A stretch of 64,000 nt of DNA, from the NCBI GenBank assembly GCA_002633005.1, contig NMRA01000034.1, positions 953,766 through 1,017,765 on the forward strand. The letters run 5' to 3'. A program made the translations under genes and the position numbers. Origin of the DNA: Phoronis australis. Lineage: Eukaryota > Animalia > Phoronida. A model generated the notes under the pieces. That model searched no databases. It worked only from the letters and a program-made list of their open reading frames with translations, and was not told the DNA's origin. Shown here one piece after another: positions 10,486-25,400 of this stretch (positions are counted from its first letter, which is position 1; each line of letters begins with the position of its first letter).

Positions 10486-13400
10486 ATGAAGCGCCGAAGA
10501 GTAGACTCCCCGTGCTTACGGGCTTCGCTTCTGTTCGTGCTGTTTTCAGTTTATGTTCAAGGTAAGAGTCGTTTGTGCCCTGTTAATGTCGCTCATACAA
10601 CCCGTCTTATTATCTGACAGTCGTATTGCGATAACCAGGGGGAACGTGCCCACTTGGTGTAACCAACAGTATTCAAAACTATCCGCGCTATCGAGTTCAG
10701 CTTCAATTATATCGTAGGCCTACAACAGAAACCCAACCATTCGGAATGTTCGCGTATCAAATGACTTTTACCAGTTAATAACAACTGTCTTCGTCCCTTT
10801 GTTAAAATAAAAACGCCATAAATGTTCGATTAAAGCCCCACCGTCGGATTAGACCGCGAGTGTACACAGAACGTTCGCAAATTTGTGTTAAGACGTAAAA
10901 CGGCTTAAGTCGAGTCAGACGAAGCGGCTGAGTAAGTTTTCGCGAATTAAGCTGAACTGTCAATTAGTATAGTACACTGAACGCTATCGTAATCTTAGGG
11001 TAGCTTTGTTTAATGTTGATTTAAGGACCCGGCTTCATGTGCTGTGTGCATGCAGTGGAGTCGTAACCTGTGTTTTCGTGTAGTTCATGTAGTTCCTGTT
11101 TTAATGAGCTCTACCTGCGGTGAAAACATCCTGACTTTATCGGTACACTTGCTCCAGATTTCACTACTCTTGTCTTCGCAGTGCCTATACTAAAAGTGCA
11201 CAAGGCTTGCATCAAAATCTGCCCTCGTGCTCGACACTGCGGACAGGTGTGAAAACACGAAATTTATTTTTCGAAAAATATTCCTCAAAGCCCTGTAGGA
11301 TTTTGTAATGTAGCTTGTATTTTGTCTCGTGGTAGTGTCCGTCTACAGTTAAAATCGTGAGTCCATCGTTTGCTGACACGCGCCATATTAAACACGGCTA
11401 CGTTATGATGGTTATGCAAACGTGCATTATAAATTGACTTGCCAGTCAGCTACGGCGCCGACAGTATCCCAACATAAGTTATCAGGCAACACATTTCTCA
11501 CTAACTTGTTGAATCGAGAAAGATTTTATAAATTGTTTCCGCTTATCAGGCGCGTGACAGTAATTGCTGGCCGCATAATTTACAAAGCTTGCTCAACCGA
11601 CAATTCAAACCTAGGTTAAAATCACTAAGACGACTCGATGGCCACTGAAAAATACCAATATTGTCTCTTGTTCCATTTCATATGATTTCTGCGTCCAGTC
11701 CTACAGTTATTTTCGCCGTCCCCCGTTCACCTTCGAACGATGTATGTGACTAGAGCGGAGACAAATTTTCCTTATTGTCACATTCGTTGCTCTTTATGCA
11801 CAAAAGCGCGAGTAATTTCGACTGAACGGATAATGCTCGCAACGCAAATTGCCCTACGAGAAAGCGACAGTTTCAGTCGGTGACAATGAGAAAATTGCCA
11901 CGGTGTAATTTAGTAAGAACGCGGGATCCTCGCTAATTACGCTGTGAGACATTATAAACTTGAGTGAATCTCACTGTTGTCCAGCGACAGAAGTTGTGGA
12001 ATCACACCTGTTTCCACCACATTTTCCCTGGCAGTAAAATCTCCATGGTTACGGTACAGTCCGAAGAACAGTTAGAATAATAAGGCAGGATGAAAACGCA
12101 ACAGAAGGAAGTTTTTTGTTAACACGCTGTGATCGAGGTTATGGCCGAGTGTCAAAAGTATACTTAATCGTCGTAACTCATCTCTTGCCGTAGTCAAAGG
12201 GGAATAGTTTAGCTATTTAATAGGATAATGGTGTAGTAGTGCCCAAGGCCCGGGGCTAGCGTTTGTCCGAAGCTTCGGTGTCGTGCAGTTCGCGACTAGA
12301 GCAGTTGTCACTTAGCATGAGTCGGTTTCACACACTAAGTTTGTGTTACAATATAAAACGTCTAAGGAATTTTGTTGGTAAGGGAATGGTACTGTTGTGG
12401 TTCTCTTAAATCAAGCGATCCGGTATAAACCTGTCTCCCATGGTTTGAAAATTGAGGGCTCTGACTGAGAGTTTATCGGGATTTAATCTAACGCATTTCG
12501 CGGTTACCAACGCCAGTCTAGATAAAAGTATCTCAATCTTTTAACATGTAATCAAGGTTTATATCAATTCTTAAATCGCGTTTAACTTTTGACTGCGAAG
12601 TGATACCATGGCCGGAGTCTGTTTGGTGTAGCGAGACAGTACGAGCATGTATGAGTTGTTGAACTACCTGTTACCTTCGTCCTGCTTCCTTCGGTTTCTC
12701 TACAATGAGCTCCCACCCCGTTTCTAACAAGCCTTGGCATTCCTCGATGGATTTCGATATTTTCTTCAAACATAAGCCCGAGGCATCTAGATTTACAAGT
12801 CAATTAATAACCTTAGATGTTACCAATAATTACGTCCCTTTGCGTAACCGTCCTGACTCGTTATGAACGCCCAGTGCATATGTATCGATGAAACATGCGT
12901 TTCTCCGTTTGATGAGCGATTATTTTGGTATGAAATCGGTCGTAATGTTGTTAGCTTTGCAGTAAATTGACTGAAAAGTACCATCTTGCTGAGTTTATTT
13001 ACGTCTATCGTCAATAAATAAACAATGTGAATGTCTATATTCTTAGCCGTTGCTACACGAACATTGTAAACTCAGGTTAGTTTTGTATATCACGGCAATA
13101 CTTTTTCATGGTTTTGGAGCACAAGTTTACTTTTCGTCGTAAAGTTTTGAAGTGATGCCTCGATCGCATAATACTTTCGACGCCGATCCGTTGATTTTAT
13201 GGCTGAAAATGGTCTTATTGACCGATAGTCAAAGCGATTTTTGGGAGCTCCGTCCGCGTGAAAAATATCGAACGATACTGACACGATTAAAGATCTCCCG
13301 ATCTGTGCTGGATCTCTGTCGACAGAACCAGCCGAGCACCGACCGATATGTGACCATGGCATAAGGTGAATTCATGGAAAAATTGACGTAGTGACTATGT

Positions 13401-16400
13401 AGTGAAGGAACGTTTGCTGAGAAAAAATAATTTTTGCCTCTTTGTAGACTAGAACCTGCAACCCCCGCGGAAGCAATCTAACTTTGCTGGAGGAGCTAAA
13501 CCACACTCGGTAAATGGCAAAGTATTTTACGCGTATCTAGCTGGTTTCGTCGGGCTTGGATTTCAGCGAATTTCTGGCAGACAACGGCAGGAATGAGCAA
13601 TTTGTAACGAAAACAACGGATTTGGCTTTTATAAGCTCTGGTCTAACCTATCAACTTCAAGAAATTTACAGCAGCCAACAATAATCACAAAAATCATTTT
13701 TGTCCGTAAAACCGATGATGTCGCTTTGAGGTGGTCGTCCGTTCTTTGGAATAGCCAATACACACTCATCGTGAGCGGTCGCCCGTTGAGTCTGACAAAT
13801 TCGCCAGGCTTGTTTAAAGTCCCACACTCCGCTACATTTTCCATTTTCCCAAGCATGACAGAAACGACATTCTGTTCTGTGTTCGGTTGTCAAGTTTATT
13901 TAAACAAGACGTCTACAGATTGAATACATTTCACTAATTGTCGGTTATTGGCTTTTTCTCGTTGGAGTATTCAACTAACGTAAGGCCCCGTAATCTGTAT
14001 ACAGGTTTCCTTTGTTGTGCTGTTGATATTATGTTGGAAGTAATGAAGCGTACCAAATCCTGGCGGATATTTTGGACTGAATTAAACGCATGTCAGTCTA
14101 GAGACGTGGTGTCTCGATCCGTCTTGATAGGCAAACGTCTATCTCTAGTTGACTACGTCTGTGGCTCTCGAGACAAAGCAGCGGACGTAGTGGTTTGGCG
14201 ATAACTGAGAGTTCCCCCTCTATCACCGAAGCTTCAGTAACTAATGAAGAGAACTGGCTCAAAATGATCATTTATCCGTGCCGGTGACACCGTTCTTTTT
14301 AACGTCAACATGGAATTAGAAAGCACTGGAAGCGCTCAACTTAACTGAAAAAAAAAATTTTTATCCGTGCCGGTGACACCGTTCTTTTTAACGTCAACAT
14401 GGAATTAGAAAGCACTGGAAGCGCTCAACTTAACTGAAAAAAATTCGTCAAAATGCTTACTCTACCTTTTGAGATCAATTGTTGACAAGCAGACAAACAA
14501 AGATAAAAACCATGTGAATGAATTATGTCATTAGAACTTGCTAAATTCACTCTGTTACGCTGTGCCATCCGACCGGAATGCTTTCTAGAGAGCTCACTGT
14601 TCTCCGTGTGAAAGATGATGACATTGCAATTAACAGATCTTATTTTTGCAGTTGTTCATAAAGTGCCAAATTTAGCATGATGTTCTGTACTGTCTTCGTG
14701 AATTTAGTGCGTAGTAGTTACTGGTGAATTATTGATGAATAATGCTGACATGTCCTTAAGTCCGGGAAAGTGAATCGAATGAATATTTCTGATTGCCCTA
14801 TTATTTTACAATCAATCCAATATCCAGTTCAATTCTTTATTGTAGCAACATAGGTTTCGAATCGCCCGTTGTTTTTTATTATCGATGAAAGATTTCTATT
14901 TGTAGTATGATTTATGGCCGAGACGTGGCGCTTCTAATGCTTAATGTGACGTCAGCGCGTAAGCGTTGAGCCAGTTCCGATAGTCTATCGTATGTGATTT
15001 TCCTGTGACACTAATGGGTCAGCTCCTTATCTAAATATATGTTAAGCACGTGCTTAACCAAACATGGAGGATTTATTAACAAGGCATTTTGCACGCTTTG
15101 GTGTTTTACTCCACCACTCGCAGTAGGTCCAGCCCAGTGTTTTAACGCAGCCGGGATGTCGGGAACTACTAAATGTTTTTGTTTTTGTTTTTAACTTCAT
15201 GAATCCTCTTTTCAAGGCGCCATGACCAGTGCGACGTAGAAATCTTCTTCTGTGATTGCGCCCATCAGGACATAAAGTTGCAACAACTAAAAACTTGCAA
15301 ACAGAGACAGTTGCATTTCCACTCGCTGGCTGATCTCTTATGGTTTCTTCTCTGAGCTTTAGGTGAAGGAAGATAATTACTCGCGGATTTGGGACTATCT
15401 TACTGTTATGCCTCACATGTAAACACGTGACCTCGCCAATTTTCGCTTGCAGGTTTCTTGCTCCACGGCTGCCTTCTTTGAATCAAAATTCACGTCATGC
15501 GTTGGGTATTTGACATCGGATAGAAACTGTTGAAACCATGTGAGAGTAACGAACCAACACTCAGCTGCTGCTGCTTAATTGTCATAAATTGAAATCATAA
15601 ACTCGCGTTTTATTATATTTTGTGGTCGATGATTCTGCTCTTCAGTCTAGACTAGACTCTGGTGAAGAACACTCATTCGAAAGCATCGAGTCTCCTGACT
15701 CCGCCATATGTGAATGGCCATTGAAAAGTTCTCGACAAAATAACCCTCTCTTGTCAATGCGCCTCTGTCATTTTACGAGTACTCTCTATTGAGTTAATGA
15801 CACACAAGGTTAGTCGTTGTGAGCAGCACAATTTACGTTTTACATAGTCAAGATAGGATTTTGATAGTTAAAGGGTCTGTATTATATTTTTATATGCCGT
15901 GTATTCGTTATTAATGCCGACATAAATTATACGCACTTCACCTTTCAGGCTTCAGTTTATAGCCGTTTTGTCTGGTATCGTTTATATTCCTGGTTGCAGG
16001 AAATTAAAACGTCGTTCAATCGTTTTTCTTGTCATAAAATGCCATAAAAACGCAGAGAGCCAACAGGTCGCTCGCGTCTCATTGTTGTCTCCGTTTTCTA
16101 AACGCTATTTAATTTGCAGCCTAATCTCTCTGGGGTCTCTGAATTGTCTTGGATTTCTTAAACAGTCTTTTTTCAAACATATCGTTTTCTATGAATTGTT
16201 TAACGTATGGCACCAGCCGATGTTTCACGCATGATAACGTCTCTTGTCGGCAACGATTTATATTTTGTCCAACAGTAAAAATGAAGCCAAAAACTTTTCT
16301 ATCAATTATATTGAGTGGAGAGGGGAAGGGCAACGTGGCGAGAATGGTGCTGAAATTATTTTTGGAAAGAGACACAACAAAATTCGTCTCAAAGTTAATG

Positions 16401-19400
16401 CATGAACGCACTACTTGGCAGAGTGCCACCCACTCTCGACTTAAGGGTGTAAAAATCATCGTGAGATACACGTTAAAATGTCAAAGTAAACTGAGGTCAA
16501 CGTTATTTTGTCTCTGTTGTAACATTTGGACAACCCTTGCCATCCATGTGGCGTTTGACATTTGTGTAGTTGGCCACAATTGTTCGATGTTTATTCGTCT
16601 TACGACAATAGCTTACATGAAAACTTTAAAACTTATCCACGGATAACTCGGATTGTTGCATGACGTCGTCAAGGGCATTGTTCAAGAATTCAAACTCAAG
16701 CGTGATAATGCGATGTTACTGCCGTTATCCAGCGGGCCCGGGGTTACATTTAAATGTCCGATTTTTAATGGTGATTGGACGAGATTGAATCACCAAATTA
16801 GTTCTCAAGTCAGCTAACCAAGCGATAAATTGATTTCAAATCGGAATGTACAGAATTAAGTACAGTCGTTCGCGTTCTAAACTTCACTTCACGTGGTCAC
16901 TGAGTTTTTATACGCTACCAAGTTTATCGTGAACGCCTCCATGGCTTGTCAGTAGAATTAATGGCAACCCGCATTATTTATGAACCGTGAATATGAAAAT
17001 TTCGTCTCTTTACGTTTGTCACTATGAAAAATTAGATGTCTCGATTTATTTTCAAACTCGTGGGCTTTTATTGTGAGACCTTTATCTGGTTAACGCTTAA
17101 CGTCTCGTTTTCTTTGGACGCTTAAGTTTCTGGAAACATTTTGTGACTTAAAGTATAGAACTGTAGAATCACATGAAAATGCCCTAAAACTTTCTCTTTT
17201 GGTGAACACTTCTGCAATAAACTTCTTAATTAAAAATCACCGGTTTGGGAGTGGCGGGAAATCGTGAAGAATCCACGCACTCGTGTGGAACGAGTTTCAG
17301 TTGGCACAGCAATTGGTTAGTCGCGACATCACGGTGGAAAAGGGCCAGTCATTTACGATAAATCCATTATGTCGCTCAGAAGTTCGGCACCACTGTCGAG
17401 TATTATCAAGGTATTACGGTCAATGATGCATAATCCGATGAACTCGGAATTTTCGGGAGGGAATTACATATTTAGATACAAGCATCCTAGCGGCGCTATA
17501 TACGTTGTCGCAAATAACGGTAACCTCGGAGTAGACAAAATATACTGGGTTCATAATGATTTTGAAAAAAGACTTACTTTTTCGCAAATTAACTGACAAC
17601 TTCTTAAAATAACGACTCTCCCTAAAATTTGAAGAAGCAATTTCTTATCTGCATTATGGGTAAACGCAGTTTACGGGCGTACCTGTGGCTAATTTGCGAT
17701 AATTAAGCGAACAAAAGACACAATGAAATCTATGACGGCAGGTAAAATTAAGCCATCCTCGTCTGGGAAATGGGCAGAAATCTGTCTGGGTGCAATTGAA
17801 CATAATTGCTAAGTAGCTGTATAATGCAGAAGTTGCCGTCTTGCCACTCTTTAATTTAAGAGGGTGTCCGCCTGCGGAATGCATTAAGTAACAGGTTTTG
17901 ATTTTGATTCCCATTTTACATATTATCAAGTCAAAACACGCCTCATTCACTCGAGTACTGTATTGATTTGTACGTCTTTTTAATCTCGACTTGATAGTTA
18001 TGGTTGGCTATTCGTCTGTGCTGTGACTTTGTTGAAAATTTACGAAGTTTTTTTAGTTTGCAACAACATAAAAATGTTTGAACAAATGACCGAGGCGCTG
18101 TTAAAGAAATAGCGGGGAATGTGTCTAGCAGACAAACACATTTGGTTGTATTTTCTGCTGGCTTAACGGCCGGTAAAATTGTTAGAACCGTCGTCGAAAG
18201 CTCTAAGTAAACATTAAAGCGAAGTACAACGGCTTCGTTAAGTAGACGTTCCGCTAAAAATGAATCGTTTTCAAGAGTTATGTCCAACAAAAACCTCTTA
18301 TCAAAATATCGCGCAGTTAACGTTTTTGTATCCTTCCTAACGGGCCTTGTTTACAAAAGAAACTTAAGTCAATGTGCTGATGGGATTACTACCGTTAATT
18401 GCTGTGTGATTTGTTTTTGAAATAATTTCCTAGTATCGCGAAAGCAGTACTGTTTAAAATTCTTAATGTAATAACAACAGCAGGCTTCAGGTACTAATAT
18501 GCTGAAAAAGTGAATGTTATTTGGAATACAAGACATCGGTATTGTAACATCGTAAGATCGTCTTTCTATTGAACATATGCGTATGTTTGGATGGGCCAAC
18601 AACCCATTTGCACATGAGCAGTGACTCATGTCCATTTTTGAGACTTCTATTTGCATGCATTGATTGCTAAAATACTTAAAATTGCCTAGTTCATGTGAAA
18701 ACGTATCTAACTTATGTCCGTTTTCTTTTCTAAAAGCCGAGCGTAACTTTGTCCGCAGTTTGTTTTCTAACGGCGGAGCGAGGAAATAGTTTAGAAACCC
18801 TATCTTTCTACTAATGCCAGGCACAGTTTCGGTTTACCCTGGTCTAAAGTGAAAGTGGGATTAAAAAACCTGATTGGGCGCTATAATTAAGCTCAGTCAT
18901 TTCGATTACGCAGTTTCACAAAAAATCACCGCTTGACTATTTTTCTATTAACGCTACATCACCCTGGGTATTGAGGTTTTTCAGTGATGGATTCCGAGGT
19001 TCTTTTCCACAACGGTCTTTTTCCGTTCAAATGAACTACTTCCTGAAGACGCACTAACGCAGTCTCATGAATCCTATTCAAATTACTTCATGTGCTGTTA
19101 TTATTTAAGTTGTAGGTCGCTTGTTTCTTTGATAAAAAGTTTACTAGCTTTTGGAATTGTGTCGCCTGAGACTGACTGGCTACATTATCCGTAAATAACA
19201 TGTTATACGTTATACAATTCGATAACTTTTCTCTAGACATGTCATTAGAGTGATTACCGCCAAGACTTTCAACCGCAGTCACTTTGCATTTTCCCCAATG
19301 AAAAGAAAATTTACACTTGACCTAGCAGAGAACGTCGAATCCTTAAAACATGACTGTCTTGTAAAGTTTCTTGCCCCTGGACTCCTCAAGACTTCGAACA

Positions 19401-22400
19401 TAGTGTATAAACAACTTGACAGTGGAAAAGTCGGATCTAAATGGCCCTTTGATGCTCGAAGGTGAAGCAGCAATCAAACCTTATTCCCAATTCCAATATT
19501 CCTGAATGAATGGTTTAAATGTAATTGACATTTTGAGGGTTATTGATTCGCAGACAATGGCGTCAAGAAATGCAAGACGTTTATTGCAAAAAAGCTCAAA
19601 TCGTGACCGTGAATTTTAAATGCCTTTGTTTAACACTACTTCAAAAGCAAGACCTAATTACCGCAGTGTAGAAAACTGTAGTCTGATACCGTCTTGTGAT
19701 GGATAACTGACAAGTTTTGGCAGTGACCCCTTCGAAAATGTAATGAGGTCGATTTAGTGTGCAGTGAAGGAAAGCAAACCCGAACATTTCTTTGTCCAGG
19801 GATCGTGGAGATCGATTGAGCAGCAAAAATGCTACCATCATTCCTTTTGAAACCTCCCAAATTCGTGATGGAGATTCTTCTTCTTCTTGCGCGTTTTTTT
19901 TTAGTTCTCTTCTGATGAGAGCGCTAGTTACCCTCGTCGAGGCATTGTAATGATTTGTGCCAGGAACATTATAGGCATGGCGTGTCATGATCGACTCCTG
20001 TTAAAGCTATGCACTCGATAGTCCCGTGAAATTCTCCATGTTTACCGTGTGACATACTTTTTCTTGAACGCCGTATCTAACATACACAACACGACATATT
20101 TGTATACAAGCTTGGAGTTAATGTCTGCCGCGCAAGCGGTCCGCCATGACGTGTGTTATTGGCTTCAAGGTTTAGTCGGTCGTTTGACAGGTCTCAGGCG
20201 TCTGTTATCGCTACTTGAAATTTACTGATAGCACAACAGCATTCTGCTTTCAATGTTTATCACAAATGTAATTTATAACCTCGCGGAGTTCTGCCAGACT
20301 ACCCTCGTTGCCAATGAATTTGTTAGCAATCTGGAACCAAATAATGAGGTTCGCCAAAAATATTTTGTCGCTCGTTTGCAGACTTACGGTTTTGAAAATC
20401 AAACGTATCGGTGTTACAATTTTCCGAAGGGATGTCTTGTGTGAACACGAGTCGTGTTTCTGTCAGTGTTTTATGTTCTGTGTCTTTAAATGATGAGTCC
20501 AGGTTCCAGACTTCCTGTGAGTGTGACACTGCGCTACGATGAAAACTATGGGGCTTAAATAACATACATCAACTCATATTTCCTACTATTTCACGTATTT
20601 GCACCACTTTAAACGAGACAAATTCACAACTATTGCTTGGTCCCAAAGTTACGTTTTAGCCTAGGCAGTGTGATTAATAAATTATTATATGCTTCTAACT
20701 TTCTCTCTTGAGGAAACTGGCTCTTCAATATCAGTCTTCATAAATTCAATATCCGGACCAGAGCTATAATTTTGAAATTCTAGATGACCTCGTCATAACA
20801 TTAACGTCTCATGTATACCCCTGTCTTTCTTTAATTAACGATAAACGTGGGTTAATTAGATCGGATGGTTCAAGTCGCCAATATTAGTTTAGCTCGCCCA
20901 GCGCGCGTAGTTAAGATGTCTCGTCTTTTAATTGAAATGCGGTTTTTTTACTCGCTCGACGACTGCCAGTGACTGGTTTCGGCTTACAACCTCTTAGTCA
21001 TTCGAGGTTGCACTTTAGTCACAACTGTCTAAGTGCTTGGTTCATGATTAAAATTTAGAAGTAAAAATGGCTTAATATTCTTGTCCCCTTACATTCAGGA
21101 AATGCTTTCAAATCAAAACACGAGACTTTTATTCAAGATTATGTTGACGAAGTTAATAAAGGACTAAACTACGACAAAGCACGTGTTTTAACCTGCGCAG
21201 TCGACACATAACTTGTAAACACAGGGTTGTTTAAACAACCGTTGCATTTGCAACAGTTATTTTCCAATTTGGGTTCGTGTGGCGCGGTAATAAAACTTTT
21301 CCACGCACTTCACTGTGCCGCGGACATAACCCAGACGACTATCAACCAAACAAAAACTGCTGTTGGGCGCGCGTGTGTATCGTCATCTGGTTAGGTCTAC
21401 ACCAAAACTGCAGTGCATGATTACGTTCCTAAGTGTTAATTATTTTTTCCAAGTATGTCCGCTCATTTTTTCTATCATCGCATCCGGTCATTATTAGTTG
21501 GTGGATAAGCGCTGATTACTGGCGTGGAGTGCTTAGCTCTTCTTTCTACCCGCTAAATTACGGGAATTTGTTATGACTGCGACCGAATCCGCCTGACTCG
21601 TGGAGATGCACTTTGTAGCGCGGCGAACACGGGTCGTGCTTGAATGGCGCCCGTGTTTATTCGGAATCTCTAATACTTTCCCTAAACACGATCACTATCA
21701 TTAGTGTGTATTGGGCGGATTATAATGACTGAGAAGGTAGAGATTTTGGTTGCGACGTGTCTGACACACCGCTATTAAAGTCGATTTGAAATATTAATGT
21801 TTAACCTACGTACAGACATCCATTGTCTGCATTGACATGCAACTTCATGTCGAAATCTGTCGCCTTAGTATGGGGATCCAATTATTGAAATTTTCTTTCT
21901 ACTTTTTACCATTTATGCTTCCTCGCATGCTTTATTGAAATGCATTGTATTAGGCATGCTAAAAAGTTGCACTCTTATGAGTTGGTATAGTTCTTACGTT
22001 TTGCCTGTACACTGTAGGTGTGTAGGCTACAAATTTGTAGTACTATCGTCAACTGAAAGCGATCTAATGCAAACCACGTAGAATTAATCAAGTGAGTACA
22101 ACAGGTCGCTTTGTAAAGGAAATTATGAGCAAGTATCACGCTGCGATTCTAACTAACAGACCCGTTCTCTCCGCAGTTCAGTGATATACAGCCCCGAGAT
22201 ATTTGGTTTGTTAACTTCAAACGCACTAAAATTTTCACTTTCTCGTTAAAGCAACTCCTTTAATCTAGGACGTTGCAACGGTTGCATTCCCTTCTACCAA
22301 TGAGGTCTCATCATGGAGATTTCTGTATAAAGACTTACAGAAAACATGTATATCGCCGAGTATGGTTTTTCAAATTGATTAATTCTTCTGATCAAATTGG

Positions 22401-25400
22401 TAAATGTGGTTGCTAATGAGCTTAGCGATCATACAAATCATTTCCTGAAACAAATCTTTGCATACGCAACAAAAACATTTTAGCAAAATTGCGTGCCACT
22501 TCTGTCGGCATTATCGTCTTATTGTTTGGCTCATCCTCTCTTCATTTTTTTCCCGAGTACTCAGTATTCGAGGCTAAGTTCTTGCTTGGACAGACGGTTA
22601 TTACGTGCCCGTTGTTTGCTTGCACTAATTTCGTAAGCAAGGTTGTATTTGTTACAAAACATTCGACCTGTACAAATCCAAGCAAGGTGATCCAGTACAT
22701 TACCGAGTCCATTTTGACTGTTGGTCAACACATGACCTGGGGCCATCTGCCTATTCTCGTGCTCTTCAGTCCATTTCGAAGTTGCTGTCCCCGCCATTGT
22801 TCGTGCTGGACACGCCATTGTGTAAAAGCCAATTTGCCCCATCAGCTATGCGCGCGCGTGCTTTGTTCCTGTGACGCAATATCAATACACTTATTCTCTG
22901 CGTGACGTAACGTGACTCCATGTTGTCGCTGAAAGAATGCTGTCATTCCATTGGCCTGCGTAACAAAGCCAAGGACAAATCGGAATCGACAGGCTGGAAA
23001 TACTAATGCAAAAATTTGAATACACATTCAGGAACTAAAGACATACGTGAATTAATTGGGCAGACGGGGTCATTAATTGCGCGTCGTAAAATTTACCTCA
23101 TAACCGGTTTCCACGTTTTGCAATAAAAATGATTTCTGGTAGTCCTTCTAACTAGCTACCGAAACTTTTTTGTCTGGCGAGTGCTTGGAGTTTCATGTTT
23201 TGCCATGCACCGCTAAAACCTACAATTAAGTAAAACAAGCACTGTCATTTGTTCGCTTCAAATGAGAAAAATAACGTGCGTGTGCTGGGACGGAATTAAT
23301 ATCGACATTGCTATATTGAATTCGGAATTAGCTGGCGGCAATTCTTTAAAATAGACAGCAATGTAAATTAAATTTAGGCAGAGGGCGTCGATGAGCGATC
23401 ACGTCGCTTTTCGACCTGGGAAATGAAAAACATCGCTGGTTTTATTGGAGGAATGGAAGGCCGAGCCGCTACTGCTGTCTTGTTCTCAAAGACAAACGTA
23501 TCGCTATCGTTACGTCCCGCTCTTCATTCTCAATCCTTATGAAATAAAATCATTGAATTTTTGTAGTTGGCAAAAATACAATTAAACAAAATTGAGAAGA
23601 TCTGTTTCCTTGAATTCTAGTAACTAGTGTGTAACTACCGATTTTCACTCATTTGAGCACTGGTGGGGTATGATGGGTTTTAAACAATTTTGTCCACGTC
23701 TAAGGAAAAAAAATGAGTCAATCTTGTGTATCATCTGAAGCGAACTCGTGCACTTGTATTCAGTACCACCGACATCGGATACCCGGGGTGCTCGCGTGTA
23801 CACCGTCAGTCACACACGATATTGTCGGTGTAGCTCGGAAACATAAACTGTTATTTTAAGCTGGCATGTGCGATATAGCCAATATTCCCCAGTCATTCCC
23901 AAACTTGCATCATAAGCGGCGGCCAAAGACAATCTTGTTTGCCAGACTCCCATAAATAAAGGTCTGGAATGACCTGGCAGCGAAGCGAGTCAGTTGTCCC
24001 GTGGTAAAAGAAATTCAGTCATGGTTGTTCATCACTGAAAGTTAATGAAGATATTTTGCTATCTCCAGGTCTGAAAAGATTCTGTGGCAAGACCAATGTG
24101 TTTTCGTTTTTACTTAACTTTACGTTTCACAGGTTTGCCTGTGGTAGCTTTGTATACCTGACCAACTGGTGGCGGGCTAGTCAAGAACAGAATTGCTTAT
24201 AATCGTATTTGGTCTAACTTGACAGTTTTTACTTGTAATTGCTACTTGAATTTTTTGTCTTATTAATTTATTTTATCAGCCTAGCTATTGGGTATGCACC
24301 AAAGCGGGAACTAACTGTTTATGAATTCGGACGAATTTCAGCCAGTTCGCATTAATTAAGTCATAACTTCTCATCCCGAACCATCCATCTGTTTTTGCCA
24401 TTAGTTTGTGATAGGTATCCATTCATTACGGCCAAGAAGATCACTGCAACGGTCATACGCGAAATACTAACGACTCCAGTCTCGAAGTTTCAGTTGTGGG
24501 ATGGCGAGGAGCTTAATCTTGAGCTCATTTTCCATGCTACAAATTTGACATTCTATTTGATTTACTGCTAAAACGAAAATGCGGGCTACGGGTATAATTT
24601 GTCTGCGTTTTAAACCTAAATGTCTACTCCTCACACAATACATGAACATTGATAGGAAAATCCGTATGATTAGGAAGGTCGGCAAAAAAAGAAGCGAGAC
24701 TAGTGACGCCTTACGGTGAATGTTTACTATTCACGAGAATTCCATTTTATTGTTCGAATTTAACACTTTGTAAAAAAATTAATGCTTTTCCAGGTGATAT
24801 CAACTGCTATTGTAACGAAGAACCGTGCAAGGCGAAAGGATACAAGTGCAATTCGTTGTTGGGCGGATGTTACTCTCAGTATAAGTACAATTCCAATGTA
24901 TCCTTACACGGCTGCCTTGACTTGTTACCGGAAGGGGATCAAAGACTCTGCAACGGAGAGGGGGATATTATCAAAACGAGGAGCGGTCGAGGACCCCACG
25001 AGTGGCCGATTCTGATGTGCTGTAAAGATAATATGTGTAACTACATAGAGGATATTAATAATTACATCAGCGAGAAAAATACAAACGGCAGCGATAATTT
25101 TTCTGGTAAGTATTTGTATTTTTAAGTCGCTGTCTTAATATCGTGCAGTCGTATTTTTTAGCACACTCAGTTTCTTTTTCACGTCCCTTTTTTGAAGAAT
25201 GATTGTTAAGATTTTGGTATCTCTTTAGTTTTCGGTGGGGGTAGGCGGGGGTAATACCTATTTGTCCATGCCGTATGAAAAACATTGTTACCGAAGATAA
25301 AAACATGAGTTATATTTTGTGTTGTATTTTTTTTGCGAAAAGGCCAACGAAACCGTCGCAGTGCAACTTGCAGCAGAACATTTTTCTGCACTCTTTCCCT

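Noticed and set aside
13450-13520. tRNA/SINE-like fragment on the minus strand
   Set aside because: No cloverleaf or clear A/B boxes could be built.
15054-22905. ORFs of 100-165 aa inside BAMBI intron 1 (for example 16149-16646, 18369-18824, 22489-22905)
   Set aside because: No recognisable domains, mostly non-ATG starts, random-like composition, and no splice-consistent chain.
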